This document shows, piece after piece, positions 36,941 through 46,289 of a stretch of 58,559 nucleotides of DNA; the stretch's first letter is position 1; each line of letters starts with the position of its first letter. Below the pieces are notes generated by a model. That model made no database searches, had not been told where the DNA came from, and saw only the letters and a program-made list of their open reading frames with translations. A program made the position numbers and the translations under genes. The stretch comes from an uncultured Dehalococcoidia bacterium (GTDB taxonomy: Bacteria > Chloroflexota > Dehalococcoidia > Lucifugimonadales > OSU-TB39), in assembly GCA_964645865.1 (NCBI GenBank), contig CAZYCG010000002.1, forward strand, positions 1 to 58,559, given 5' to 3'.

Positions 36941-37954
36941 TTGTTAGATAAATTTCAAGATCCGCAAGGCGATGCAGTAGAGATATTCAACGAGTACAAA
37001 GAAGAAATCCCTGCATTTTATAAAAACATGTTGCTTATCAGAAGGTTTGAGGAGCAATGTGGAAGATTATATATGGAACAAAAAATCAAAGGGTTTTTGC
37101 ATCTGTATATAGGGGAAGAGGCTATAGCTACTGGTGCGATTTCTGGTTTGCGAGATGATGATTATATAATTACGCATTACAGAGATCATGGACATGCATT
37201 GGCGCGAGGATTAGATGTAGGAGCTGTTATGGCAGAATTAATGGGTAAAGCTACTGGATGTAGTGGTGGCAAAGGTGGATCTATGCATTTGTTTGATGTT
37301 TCAAAGGGATTTATGGGTGGTCATGCTATTGTTGGGGCCCACCTCCCAATAGCCGTTGGTTTAGCTTTCGCCATAAAACAGCAAAAAAGAGATAGTGTTG
37401 TATTATGTTTTTTTGGTGATGGGGCTGTTAACCAAGGTGAATTTCATGAAGCTATGAATTTATCTTCAGTCTGGAATCTCCCAGTACTTTTTGTTTTGGA
37501 AAATAATCTATATGGTATGGGATCACATGTTTCCAGAACGCATGCTGCAGGTTCAGACATGTATAAAATAGCAGAATCTTATAATATGGGAACGTTACAG
37601 GTTGATGGGATGGATGTAATAGAAGTAAGGCATCATGTAGATAAGGCACTTGAGCATCTAAGAAAAGGAGAGGGGCCGTTATTTTTAGAGGCTAAAACAT
37701 ATAGATTTAGAGGGCATTCAATGGCTGATCCATCTGCATATAGGGAGTCTAGTGAAGTTGTTCAGTGGCAAGAAAAAGACCCAATCGATAATTTAGCTAA
37801 ATTAGCTATTCAATATGATATTTTTAAAGAATCTGATTTAGAAAAAATAGATAAGGAAATTCAGGAAACCGTAGATGATGCGATTGCTTTTGCTGATGAA
37901 AGTGATGAACCGGACATGGCTGACCTGCACAATAATATTTATGAAAACATTTAA
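36941..37954 (+). CDS. pdhA: pyruvate dehydrogenase E1 alpha subunit
   Basis: TPP motif GDGAVNQGEFHEAMN...LENN. YRFRGHSMADP. Confidence 0.92.
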   Translation: MLDKFQDPQGDAVEIFNEYKEEIPAFYKNMLLIRRFEEQCGRLYMEQKIKGFLHLYIGEEAIATGAISGLRDDDYIITHYRDHGHALARGLDVGAVMAELMGKATGCSGGKGGSMHLFDVSKGFMGGHAIVGAHLPIAVGLAFAIKQQKRDSVVLCFFGDGAVNQGEFHEAMNLSSVWNLPVLFVLENNLYGMGSHVSRTHAAGSDMYKIAESYNMGTLQVDGMDVIEVRHHVDKALEHLRKGEGPLFLEAKTYRFRGHSMADPSAYRESSEVVQWQEKDPIDNLAKLAIQYDIFKESDLEKIDKEIQETVDDAIAFADESDEPDMADLHNNIYENI

Positions 37955-37971
37955 TTTGATTAGGTGGAATT

Positions 37972-38949
37972 ATGTCTGAAATGAGATTGAGGGAGGCTTT
38001 ATCGCTTGGGTTGACTGAAGCCTTGGATAATGATGAAAGGGTGGTTTTGTTGGGGGAAGATATTGGTAAATACCAAGGAAGTTATGCAGTAACTAGAGGA
38101 TTCTTTGAAAAGTACGGAGAAGATAGAATAAAAGACACTCCTATATCAGAAGCGGGTATAGTTGGGTGTGGTATCGGGTCTGCAATGATTGGATTGCGTC
38201 CAATAGTGGAGATTATGACCATCAACTTTCTTTTGATGGCAATTGACCAGGTTGTTAATCACGCTGCTAAATTGCGTTATATGTCAAATGGCCAAATCTC
38301 AGTCCCATTGGTTATAAGAACGGTTACAGGCGGAGGAGCTCAATTGGCAGCTACTCATTCTCAATCTTTTGAAGGTTGGTTGGCTTCCGTACCTGGTTTG
38401 AAAGTGGTTGTGCCGTCTGATCCGTATGATGCCCTTGGTTTGCTAAGAACATCTATAGAAGATAATGATCCAGTTATTTTTGCAGAACATGCGTTACTTT
38501 ATGGAGTAAATGGTGAAGTACCAGAAGAGTATTATTCTATACCTTTCGGCCAAGCGGCTGTAAAAAGATCTGGCACCGATGTTACGTTGGTTGGTTACTC
38601 TAAAATGGTTCATGAATGCCTTGAAGCAGCAAAAAAATTTGAAACCATGGGTGTTTCTGCAGAAGTGATTGATCTTCGAACTCTTAGGCCGCTCGACACA
38701 AATACTGTGTTTGAATCTGTTAAGAAAACAAACAGAATTATCATTGTAGAAGAATGTTGGCAAACAGGCGGATTTTCGGGTGAATTAGTAAGTAAAGTGC
38801 AGGAAGAATGCTTCGATTATTTAGATGGTCCTGTAGGAAGGGTTTCAGGTTTAGATGTTCCTGCTCCCTACAATGGGACATTGGAAGCTGCAACGATACC
38901 AGATTCAGATAAAATAATTGATGCAGTTCGAAGATTGTATGGAATATAA
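37972..38949 (+). CDS. pdhB: pyruvate dehydrogenase E1 beta subunit
   Basis: 325 aa. VVLLGEDIG, DTPISEAG and EECW..GG are typical transketolase-like E1 beta motifs. Confidence 0.92.
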   Translation: MSEMRLREALSLGLTEALDNDERVVLLGEDIGKYQGSYAVTRGFFEKYGEDRIKDTPISEAGIVGCGIGSAMIGLRPIVEIMTINFLLMAIDQVVNHAAKLRYMSNGQISVPLVIRTVTGGGAQLAATHSQSFEGWLASVPGLKVVVPSDPYDALGLLRTSIEDNDPVIFAEHALLYGVNGEVPEEYYSIPFGQAAVKRSGTDVTLVGYSKMVHECLEAAKKFETMGVSAEVIDLRTLRPLDTNTVFESVKKTNRIIIVEECWQTGGFSGELVSKVQEECFDYLDGPVGRVSGLDVPAPYNGTLEAATIPDSDKIIDAVRRLYGI

Positions 38950-39005
38950 GATATTGATAAGATATTAACTAAATATTTTTAGAGAGGTGAGTTCTGGCAA
39001 CTCCA

Positions 39006-40262
39006 TTGAAAATGCCCCAAATGGGGTACGACATGCAAGAAGGTACTTTGGTTAGGTGGCTTAAATCAGAAGGCGATACAGTTGCCTTAGGAGAACTGAT
39101 AGCCGAAGTAGAAACTGATAAGGCTGTTGTGGAAATAGAAGCTACGGCTGCTGGAACAGTGTTGAAACTTTTAGTTGATGAAGGGACTAGTGTTCCTGTA
39201 GGAGAAGCGATAGCAGTTATTGGAGAACAGGGAGAAGATATAGGGGTTGTACAAGCTGATATCGAAGAAAAACCGGATTATAAAGATGAAGTTGAGGTTG
39301 ACGATGTGAGTTTGAATATTAATCAAGATATCAAAGATGAGGAAATTGCTACTGTACCTACAGGAGAGATAAAAGCTTCTCCTATAGCTCGTAAAATAGC
39401 CTCAGAACAAAATATAGACCTTGCATTAGTTATAGGCACAGGTCCTGGTGGGAGAATTACTAAAAATGATGTTATAAAAGCCGGATCAAAAGTTGTCGAT
39501 AATAGTCAACCTGTACAGGCAACATCCGCTGATATTGTTCAATCGGAAACTAAGACTGATTCTCCTCAAATAGTAGATCAAAAATTTGTCCCATTAAATA
39601 AAATGAGAAGCCAAATAGCTCGCGTAACCGTTGCAAGTAAAACAAACGCACCTCATTTCTATGTTTCAGTAGAAGTTGAAATGACTAAATTGATGAATGT
39701 TAGGTCTCAAATTAATGAGACTTTGCAAGACCAAGGTGTAAAAGTTAGTGTAAATGACTTTGTTGTTAGGGCAGCTATTGAAACATTGAAGAAATTTCCT
39801 AAATTTAATGCATCTTTTATCAATGAAGGGATACAGTTTAATGATGAAATAAATATAGGCATTGCCATAGCAACTGAAGACGGATTAATAGTCCCTGCAG
39901 TAACTGATTGTAAAAATAAATCAATTGTTGAATTAGCACAATCAACTAAGGATTTGATAGCGAGATCTCAGAGCGGTAAATTGAAGCCTGATGAATATAC
40001 AGGGGCGACTTTTAGTATTAGCAACCTAGGTATGTTTGATGTTGATAATTTTGTTGCAATAATTCTCCCTCCTCAAGCTGCTATGATGGCAGTAGGGTCT
40101 GTAAAACCAAGGCCGGTAGTAAAAAATGGTGAGATAGCTATTGAGCAAACAATGAATGTAACTTTGTCTTCTGATCACCGAGTTGTTGATGGAGCAGAAG
40201 GTGCAAAGTTTGTTGGTGAACTAAAAAAAGTTTTAGAATCGCCTTTGCTGCTTATCCTGTAG
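39006..40262 (+). CDS. pdhC: dihydrolipoamide acetyltransferase (E2)
   Basis: Lipoyl domain EVETDKAVVEIEA, E3-binding domain ASPIARKIA, catalytic SSDHRVVDGA. The start is ambiguous (CTG 38994 just after GAGAGGTG, TTG 39006 or ATG 39012). Confidence 0.92.
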   Translation: MKMPQMGYDMQEGTLVRWLKSEGDTVALGELIAEVETDKAVVEIEATAAGTVLKLLVDEGTSVPVGEAIAVIGEQGEDIGVVQADIEEKPDYKDEVEVDDVSLNINQDIKDEEIATVPTGEIKASPIARKIASEQNIDLALVIGTGPGGRITKNDVIKAGSKVVDNSQPVQATSADIVQSETKTDSPQIVDQKFVPLNKMRSQIARVTVASKTNAPHFYVSVEVEMTKLMNVRSQINETLQDQGVKVSVNDFVVRAAIETLKKFPKFNASFINEGIQFNDEINIGIAIATEDGLIVPAVTDCKNKSIVELAQSTKDLIARSQSGKLKPDEYTGATFSISNLGMFDVDNFVAIILPPQAAMMAVGSVKPRPVVKNGEIAIEQTMNVTLSSDHRVVDGAEGAKFVGELKKVLESPLLLIL

Positions 40263-40287
40263 TAATTGTTCGGATATTAATATCAGA

Positions 40288-40956
40288 TTAATTGTTGTTT
40301 TCTAGGATTATCAGTAATTTGCCATTTGAAACTGATATTTCAGCATGATTATCCAATACGATATTACTAATTCCTCTAGTTGCGCCTATATTTAAATTTT
40401 CTCCAAGCAAATTGTATTTTAAACCGATAGTTTTAATGTTTTTAACCTGATTTGTTAAAGGTATCAAAGAAAGTATTGCGCCTTTGCAGTTATCTAAGAT
40501 GTGAGATGACCTGGAATTTATTAGAGAGATTTCAATGTTTTTTTCGATTAAACGAACATCTTTATTGACAAGTAACTCTGAAGCCAATAGTAATATGTTT
40601 CCAATTCGATGGTCAAACCTTGAATCACCGAACACTCCGGCAAGTATATGAATTGTTTCAGCTCCTAGGTTTATAGCTTCCTCTATTGCCAATTGACCAT
40701 CTGTTTTGTTCTTTTCTTCTGGGTATCTTTTAATTTCCCATCCAAGTTTATGGGCAGTATCCAAATCTTTGTTTGAGATGGAATCAAAGTCGCCAATGCA
40801 AATGTTAGGGATAACATTTAATTTTATGCAATGGGAAACACCACTATCTGCGGCTATTATAATATCGCAGGATTTAAAAACATCTTTAATCCAAGGTTCG
40901 ATTATTAATGCTCCACCTAAAACAACAATTGCTTTTTTGGGAGTGTTTTTTACCAT
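40288..40956 (-). CDS. thiN: thiamine pyrophosphokinase
   Basis: 222 aa. IIAADSGV, IGDFDS and KDKTD-like EKNKTDGQLA motifs. AAGGAGG RBS. Confidence 0.85.
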   Translation of the reverse strand: MVKNTPKKAIVVLGGALIIEPWIKDVFKSCDIIIAADSGVSHCIKLNVIPNICIGDFDSISNKDLDTAHKLGWEIKRYPEEKNKTDGQLAIEEAINLGAETIHILAGVFGDSRFDHRIGNILLLASELLVNKDVRLIEKNIEISLINSRSSHILDNCKGAILSLIPLTNQVKNIKTIGLKYNLLGENLNIGATRGISNIVLDNHAEISVSNGKLLIILENNN

Positions 40957-41122
40957 GCTGATGGTGCCTCCTTAAGCTTCTGTAATGATACAAAGATGCT
41001 AGATATCTACTTGGTTAAATTAAAAATAGTATTATAATTTATAATAATCTTAATTTCATTTTTAACATAGTAACCGAAATTCAGATATTAATAGCTAAAA
41101 AACATTTGTAAGTGAGTAGCAA

Positions 41123-41500
41123 TTGATTGTTTCATACAAAAATGAGTTGGGAAATAATAGGATTATTGGGACACTGTGTTCGAAATGTGAAACTAAATTT
41201 TTACCTCCTAGGCCAATGTGTGCTACTTGTAATAACGATAATTTAAAGAATATTGAATTTGGCGGTGCTGGAGTGATCATTGGTTTTACAGAAGTTGCAG
41301 TAGTTCCTTCGACAATGTCCAAAGCAGGATTTGGAGCTGATAATCCATATTGGACATGTATTATATCTCTTGAAGAAGGAGTTAACATTCCAGCAGTACT
41401 TGATTTGACGGATTGTCATAATTCAAAAAAACCATTTATTGGAATGGATGTAAGAATAGAATTTGGTTGTAAAGACGAAATTTATTTTAAGCCTTTGTGA
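41123..41500 (+). CDS. DUF35 Zn-ribbon/OB-fold protein (thiolase-associated family)
   Basis: CSKCETKFLPPRPMCATC rubredoxin-like ribbon followed by an OB-fold region. Confidence 0.75.
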   Translation: MIVSYKNELGNNRIIGTLCSKCETKFLPPRPMCATCNNDNLKNIEFGGAGVIIGFTEVAVVPSTMSKAGFGADNPYWTCIISLEEGVNIPAVLDLTDCHNSKKPFIGMDVRIEFGCKDEIYFKPL

Positions 41501-41537
41501 ATATTTTTAACTCATTATCAAAAACGTAGAGGATATT

Positions 41538-41960
41538 ATGGTGAATCTGAAAAACGAAAACATTGACATTGCAATAACATGTTCAGATATTGTTAAAACA
41601 AGATATTTCTTTGAAAAAATATTGGGATTGGATTTAGTGACAGAATTCAAAGTGGATGAGTCTACGGCAAATAATTTGGGATTATCACCATTAGGTTTCA
41701 CCCAAACAAGATTTGCTATAGGTAGCACAAAGATTAAACTTTTAGAATTTGACTCTGCCGATATAAATAAGGTGAACCATCATGTAGGAATAACCCAAGG
41801 GGTGAGATGGATTACACTATATGTCGATGATATATGTCAGACATATAGAATATTGAAATCGGAAGGATATGATTTTCTTGGAGATGTTCCTGCTGAACCA
41901 AAGGGGGCGTTAGTGCTTAAAGGCCCTGAAGGCATACTTATAGAATTTATTGGAAGCTGA
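41538..41960 (+). CDS. VOC (glyoxalase/bleomycin-resistance/dioxygenase) family protein
   Basis: 140 aa. Paired beta-alpha-beta-beta-beta pattern (IDIAITCSDI...FFEKILGLD; GVRWITLYVDDI.. ; GILIEF). Confidence 0.65.
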   Translation: MVNLKNENIDIAITCSDIVKTRYFFEKILGLDLVTEFKVDESTANNLGLSPLGFTQTRFAIGSTKIKLLEFDSADINKVNHHVGITQGVRWITLYVDDICQTYRILKSEGYDFLGDVPAEPKGALVLKGPEGILIEFIGS

Positions 41961-42015
41961 CTCAAAATTCAGCATAAATTATTTGGATTCTAAACGAGCG
42001 AATATACTTATAGAA

Positions 42016-42576
42016 GTGGTATACAAATTTAAAACATCAATTATTTTAATTGCGATAGCCGTAATGATTCCTTCTGTCGCAGCGTGTAGCCCAGATCATA
42101 GTAATCAGAATTTAAAAACAGAAATAATTGAGGATGATGAGAAATTATCTGAGTCTGAATTCGCTAATATTGAAATCAGTTTGTTTTCAGGAGACCAGAT
42201 AAAACTCGCTGATTTAAAAGGCAAAGTGATATTATTAAACTTTTGGGCTTCTTGGTGTCCTCCTTGCAGATGGGAAATGCCGTATTTCGAAAAAGCCTGG
42301 AAAGAATATAAAAATCAGGATGTTGTATTTATTGGTATATCCCAAGATTTAGACGTAAGCGACGCTAAAAAATTTGCTGAAAGTACTGGGGTCACCTATT
42401 ATTTAGGATTGGATCCTGGAAATAGAATGTCGATTGAGTTGGATATCATAGAGTTGCCGACGACAATCATATTGGACAAAGATGGAAAAATGACAAGAAG
42501 ATTTTCAAAATCTATTGGTGAAACATTGTTAAATCGGATATTAAATCAAGTAATTAGAGAGCAAGATAATGAATAG
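42016..42576 (+). CDS. TlpA/ResA-like thiol:disulfide oxidoreductase lipoprotein
   Basis: WASWCPPCRWEMP thioredoxin motif. Lipobox MIPSVAAC. I prefer the GTG at 42016 over the listed start at 41950, which overlaps the previous gene. Confidence 0.8.
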   Translation: MVYKFKTSIILIAIAVMIPSVAACSPDHSNQNLKTEIIEDDEKLSESEFANIEISLFSGDQIKLADLKGKVILLNFWASWCPPCRWEMPYFEKAWKEYKNQDVVFIGISQDLDVSDAKKFAESTGVTYYLGLDPGNRMSIELDIIELPTTIILDKDGKMTRRFSKSIGETLLNRILNQVIREQDNE

Positions 42577-43297
42577 AAATGATCAAAGGTCACAAGATGA
42601 GTTAAGACCAGTAGAGATTACGCTTGGAATTCAAAGTTATGCAGAAGGATCTGTTTTGATCAAAGCTGGAGACACGCATGTAATATGTTCTGCATCTATT
42701 GAAGAGAGCGTGCCTAATTTTCTTAAGGATCAAAACAAAGGATGGATCACTGCTGAATACAATATGTTGCCTCGCGCGACCCTTACACGAACTAGACGAG
42801 AAAATATTAAAAAAGGTAGAACGCATGAGATACAAAGGCTGATTGGCAGATGTCTTAGAACCTCTGTGGACCTAAATTCCATTGGAGAAAGATCAATATT
42901 AATTGATTGCGATGTCGTCCAGGCTGACGGTGGTACGAGAACCGCTTCGATAACTGGAAGTTACGTTGCTCTATATTTAGCGGTCCTAAGTTTAGTTGAA
43001 GAGAATAAAATTGAAAAAATGCCAGCCATTAATCAACTTGCAGCAGTTAGTGTTGGAATACTTAAACAACAAGTGCTTTTAGATTTATGTTATGAAGAAG
43101 ATTCTGAAGCAGATGCAGATTTCAATATCGTTATGAATAACAATGGTGATTTCATAGAGGTCCAAGGCACAGCTGAACAAAAGCCTTATTCAAAGGAATT
43201 ATTGGATGAAGTGCTAAGTGTTGGATCTAACGGAATAAAACAACTTTTTGATAAGCAAAACGAAGCTATATCTTATATGACTCAAATCAAAAATTGA
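42569..43297 (+). CDS. rph: ribonuclease PH
   Basis: RPVEITLGI, EYNMLPRAT, DCDVVQADGGTRTASITG. Confidence 0.95.
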   Translation: MNRNDQRSQDELRPVEITLGIQSYAEGSVLIKAGDTHVICSASIEESVPNFLKDQNKGWITAEYNMLPRATLTRTRRENIKKGRTHEIQRLIGRCLRTSVDLNSIGERSILIDCDVVQADGGTRTASITGSYVALYLAVLSLVEENKIEKMPAINQLAAVSVGILKQQVLLDLCYEEDSEADADFNIVMNNNGDFIEVQGTAEQKPYSKELLDEVLSVGSNGIKQLFDKQNEAISYMTQIKN

Positions 43298-43319
43298 ATT
43301 TTCATATGATTCAACGGAA

Positions 43320-43348
43320 TTGAACTTTTTGCATGATGTATATATAAT
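43320..43348 (+). promoter_or_regulatory. sigma-70-like promoter for rpmH-rnpA-yidD
   Basis: TTGAAC (43320-43325), a 17-nt spacer, then TATAAT (43343-43348). It ends 18 nt upstream of the rpmH ATG. Confidence 0.45.
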
Positions 43349-43366
43349 TACAGTTTGGATTAAATT

Positions 43367-43504
43367 ATGGCTAAAAGAACTTACCAACCTAAAAAACGAA
43401 GAAGAATGAGAGTTCACGGTTTCATGTCTCGCATGGCAACAAAGAACGGTAGAAATGTTCTTAAGAGAAGAATGTCTAGAGGCAGATATAAATTAACTGT
43501 ATAG
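43367..43504 (+). CDS. rpmH: 50S ribosomal protein L34
   Basis: Not in the ORF track because it is under 60 aa. My own translation is [45 protein letters not shown]. It is followed 1 nt later by rnpA. Confidence 0.95.
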   Translation: MAKRTYQPKKRRRMRVHGFMSRMATKNGRNVLKRRMSRGRYKLTV

Positions 43505-43505
43505 T

Positions 43506-43847
43506 GTGAATACAATTCGTTATAGTTCAATCACCAAACCTGAAGATTTTGCTACAACACGTCGAAATGGTTTAGTGTTTAAAAATCAATTCGTAGTTAT
43601 TTTTATTAATAAAAATAACTCGCAAGTGACGCAAATTGGTATGTCTGTGAGTAAAAGAATTGGAAATGCAGTTAATAGAAATAAAGTGAAGCGTAGATTG
43701 AGATCGATTTCATCTTTGATGGATATTGTAGCTGGAGTAGATATATTAATAGTTGCAAGATTGAAAGCGTCTATAGCTACTTATCGAGAATTGAGCGATT
43801 CTATTTTAAATTTGATGAAGAAAGCTAGTATTCTAGAAAATATTTGA
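43506..43847 (+). CDS. rnpA: ribonuclease P protein component
   Basis: 113 aa, basic. [17 protein letters not shown] motif. Canonical position after rpmH. Confidence 0.9.
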   Translation: MNTIRYSSITKPEDFATTRRNGLVFKNQFVVIFINKNNSQVTQIGMSVSKRIGNAVNRNKVKRRLRSISSLMDIVAGVDILIVARLKASIATYRELSDSILNLMKKASILENI

Positions 43848-43875
43848 TAATCGATTATTAGAAGGATTGTATACG

Positions 43876-44085
43876 GTGAATAAAGTTGTATTGGGATTTA
43901 TCCGCTTCTACCAAAGGCTACTTTCTCCCTATTTACCTAGTCTGTGTCGGTATACACCTACTTGTTCAGAATATGCGATTCAATCTTTTGAAAAACATGG
44001 TTTTTTAATTGCTATTTGGCTTACGATTAAAAGGCTTGCTAGGTGCAATCCTTTTGGCAGTAGTGGTTTAGATCCAGTACCATAA
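43876..44085 (+). CDS. yidD: membrane protein insertion efficiency factor
   Basis: FYQRLLSP...[11 protein letters not shown]...RCNPF. I prefer the GTG at 43876 (10 nt after AGGA) over the TTG at 43867. Confidence 0.9.
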   Translation: MNKVVLGFIRFYQRLLSPYLPSLCRYTPTCSEYAIQSFEKHGFLIAIWLTIKRLARCNPFGSSGLDPVP

Positions 44086-44099
44086 AATTAGATTTTAAT

Positions 44100-45311
44100 A
44101 TGGAAAAATTTTATTTGAACAGAAATATGAATTTTGTATATCTCAAAGAACGAATATCTATTTATTTGATAGTAGTATTTGCTGCTTTTTTTGTCGCCAC
44201 TTCTTTATCTTGTGTGGGTAGTAGCGCACCAATTGGATTACCTGCAGGGGTAATTGTTGGTGAAAACTTATACATAGGTACAATGGATAAAGATATTAGG
44301 TCTTTGCGCTTAGATACCGGAGAGTTGGTATGGGTTCATAGTTTTGACAATGATGAAGATCGTAATATAGCGTTTTATGGCGATCCCGTTATCAATAGAG
44401 ATTGCAAAGATTGTACTAGTGGCTCAATATATTTCACTAGTTATAATGGGAGCATTTACATTGTTAAACTTGAAAATATTAGTGGTCAAATAAGTCCCAA
44501 ATTAGATTCAAGTATAAGGATTGGTACCGGCGAACCCATTGTTGGTGGATCAGCACTAATTGAAGAAAACTTAATTGTACCTTCGTCAGATGGTCAATTG
44601 TACTCCTATAATTTAGATCAATTCACTAAGTTGTGGGAATTTTCAACATCTAATAAAATTTGGACCACTCCTGTTTTAAAGGATACGATAGTTTATTTTG
44701 GCTCATTAGATCAAAATTTATATGCATTAGATACTGTAGATGGTAGTTTGATTTGGGATGAACCTTTTAAAACCGATGCTGCAATAGTATCGAAGCCTTT
44801 AATATTGGATCAAACTGTATATATAGGGTCTTTTGATGGAATCTTTTATGGGATTGATGTTGAAACAGGATTGGAAAAAGCAAGGTTTTCAGAAGCAGGA
44901 GGGTGGTATTGGGGAGGTGCCATTACAGATGGAGAAACAATATTTGTTGGTTCTTTGAATGGGAATATTTATGCGCTAAACAAAATTGACTTAACTCTTA
45001 AGTGGAACATAGATGTTCAAAGCTCCATTGTTGGGTCTCCTGTAATCTTAAATGAAAAATTGGTGTTTTCTTCTACTGATGGGAGGTTGCGAACAGTAAA
45101 CTTATCAGATGGTCAGAATATGAGGCAATGTAAATTAGACATAAAACTTAAATCTAATTTAGTTTCAAATGGGAAAATGGTTTTTATTAGTGGTGAAGAT
45201 CATTCTATTAGAGGGATTATTGTTAATGCTAATGGGAATCTAAATGAAGAATGGGTTCATTATACAAATAAGGAAGATCCTGTTCCAAGAGAATTCGACC
45301 GTTCTTGTTGA
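44100..45311 (+). CDS. membrane-anchored PQQ-like (BamB-like) beta-propeller repeat protein
   Basis: N-terminal TM segment. Repeated blades SSDGQLYSYNLDQFTKLW, GSLDQNLYALDTVDGSLIW, GSFDGIFYGIDVETG, GSLNGNIYALNKIDLTLKW, STDGRLRTVNLSDG. Confidence 0.75.
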   Translation: MEKFYLNRNMNFVYLKERISIYLIVVFAAFFVATSLSCVGSSAPIGLPAGVIVGENLYIGTMDKDIRSLRLDTGELVWVHSFDNDEDRNIAFYGDPVINRDCKDCTSGSIYFTSYNGSIYIVKLENISGQISPKLDSSIRIGTGEPIVGGSALIEENLIVPSSDGQLYSYNLDQFTKLWEFSTSNKIWTTPVLKDTIVYFGSLDQNLYALDTVDGSLIWDEPFKTDAAIVSKPLILDQTVYIGSFDGIFYGIDVETGLEKARFSEAGGWYWGGAITDGETIFVGSLNGNIYALNKIDLTLKWNIDVQSSIVGSPVILNEKLVFSSTDGRLRTVNLSDGQNMRQCKLDIKLKSNLVSNGKMVFISGEDHSIRGIIVNANGNLNEEWVHYTNKEDPVPREFDRSC

Positions 45312-45377
45312 TTTTAGCGTCATGATTAGTGTGGCATTGTTGAAATTAGATAAATATAAACCATGTAGGAAATAAAG

Positions 45378-46289
45378 ATGGAATTATTAGGGATAATTTG
45401 GGAATCGGTAATAACCAAGCCTATGATAAATAGCTTGGTTTTATTGTACTCGATATTTTTTAATAATTTTGGGATAAGCATAATTGTTTTTACCGGTTTA
45501 ATAAGGTTAATTTTATTTCCTTTGACCTTGAAACAGAGTCGGCAAATGAAGGCGATGTCTGACCTAGCGCCAAAGATGAAAATGATACAGGCAAAATACG
45601 AAGACAAAGCTAAGCAACAGCAAGAAATCATGAAAATGTACCGTGAAAGAGGAATGAGTCCTTTAGGTTGTTTAGGCCCAATGATAGTTCAAATGCCAAT
45701 ATTTTTCGGTTTATTTTGGTCATTGAGGGCGACTTTAATATCCACCCCTGAAAGATTAAGTGAATTGTCTGAAAAACTGTATTCATGGTTGCCACAAGTA
45801 CATTCGGCAATACCAATCAATAGTGAATTTTTGTGGATGGATTTAGGGGAGTATTCGAGAAACTCGCCATATCCGTATCTTTTACCAATTTTGGTTGGAG
45901 TTTCAACTTGGATGATGCAAAAAATGAGTAGTAGTGTTGCAACCACTCCTCAACAAGAATCAACCAATAGATTAATGCTTTGGATGATGCCAGCAATGTT
46001 TGGATTCTTCACTTTAAATTTTGAGAATGGACTTGCATTATATTGGATTATGTCTAATTTGATTGGTATATTGATACAAGGCTTTATTACTGGATGGGAT
46101 CCTTTATTCAAGCTATTAAATATTAGAAAAAATCAAATTGACGATAATGATGAAAAAATTATTGTCAATAAGGAGGAGATATCAAATGAGGAGGATAGAG
46201 ACCTCGGGGAAGACAGTAGAAGAAGCGATAGAAATAGGACTAAACGAACTCGACGTAAATCGAGCAGAAGTAGAAATAGAGGTCGTTAG
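45378..46289 (+). CDS. yidC: YidC/Oxa1-family membrane insertase (short, monoderm type) with Arg/Lys-rich C-terminal tail
   Basis: Five-TM core (LYSIFFNNFGISIIVFTGLIRLILFPL, MPIFFGLF, GLALYWIMSNL). Tail ..SRRSDRNRTKRTRRKSSRSRNRGR. The last 104 nt overlap jag. Confidence 0.88.
   Translation: MELLGIIWESVITKPMINSLVLLYSIFFNNFGISIIVFTGLIRLILFPLTLKQSRQMKAMSDLAPKMKMIQAKYEDKAKQQQEIMKMYRERGMSPLGCLGPMIVQMPIFFGLFWSLRATLISTPERLSELSEKLYSWLPQVHSAIPINSEFLWMDLGEYSRNSPYPYLLPILVGVSTWMMQKMSSSVATTPQQESTNRLMLWMMPAMFGFFTLNFENGLALYWIMSNLIGILIQGFITGWDPLFKLLNIRKNQIDDNDEKIIVNKEEISNEEDRDLGEDSRRSDRNRTKRTRRKSSRSRNRGR

Noticed and set aside
40957-41122. TPP riboswitch upstream of thiamine pyrophosphokinase.
   Set aside because: There is no CTGAGA or ACCTGATCTGGATAATGCCAGCG-like element on the minus strand (no TCTCAG on the plus strand).
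43298-43366. Replication origin, as expected near rpmH-rnpA-yidC in many bacteria.
   Set aside because: There is no dnaA or dnaN in the window. rph lies directly upstream on the same strand. I found no cluster of TTATCCACA-like boxes, only one imperfect TTATCCAAC at about 12160.
46138-46185. Longer Jag ORF starting at 46138 (MTIMMKKLL...).
   Set aside because: The extension has no RBS and lies in the yidC coding region. The ATG at 46186 has a perfect AGGAGGAG RBS and yields the conserved Jag N-terminus.
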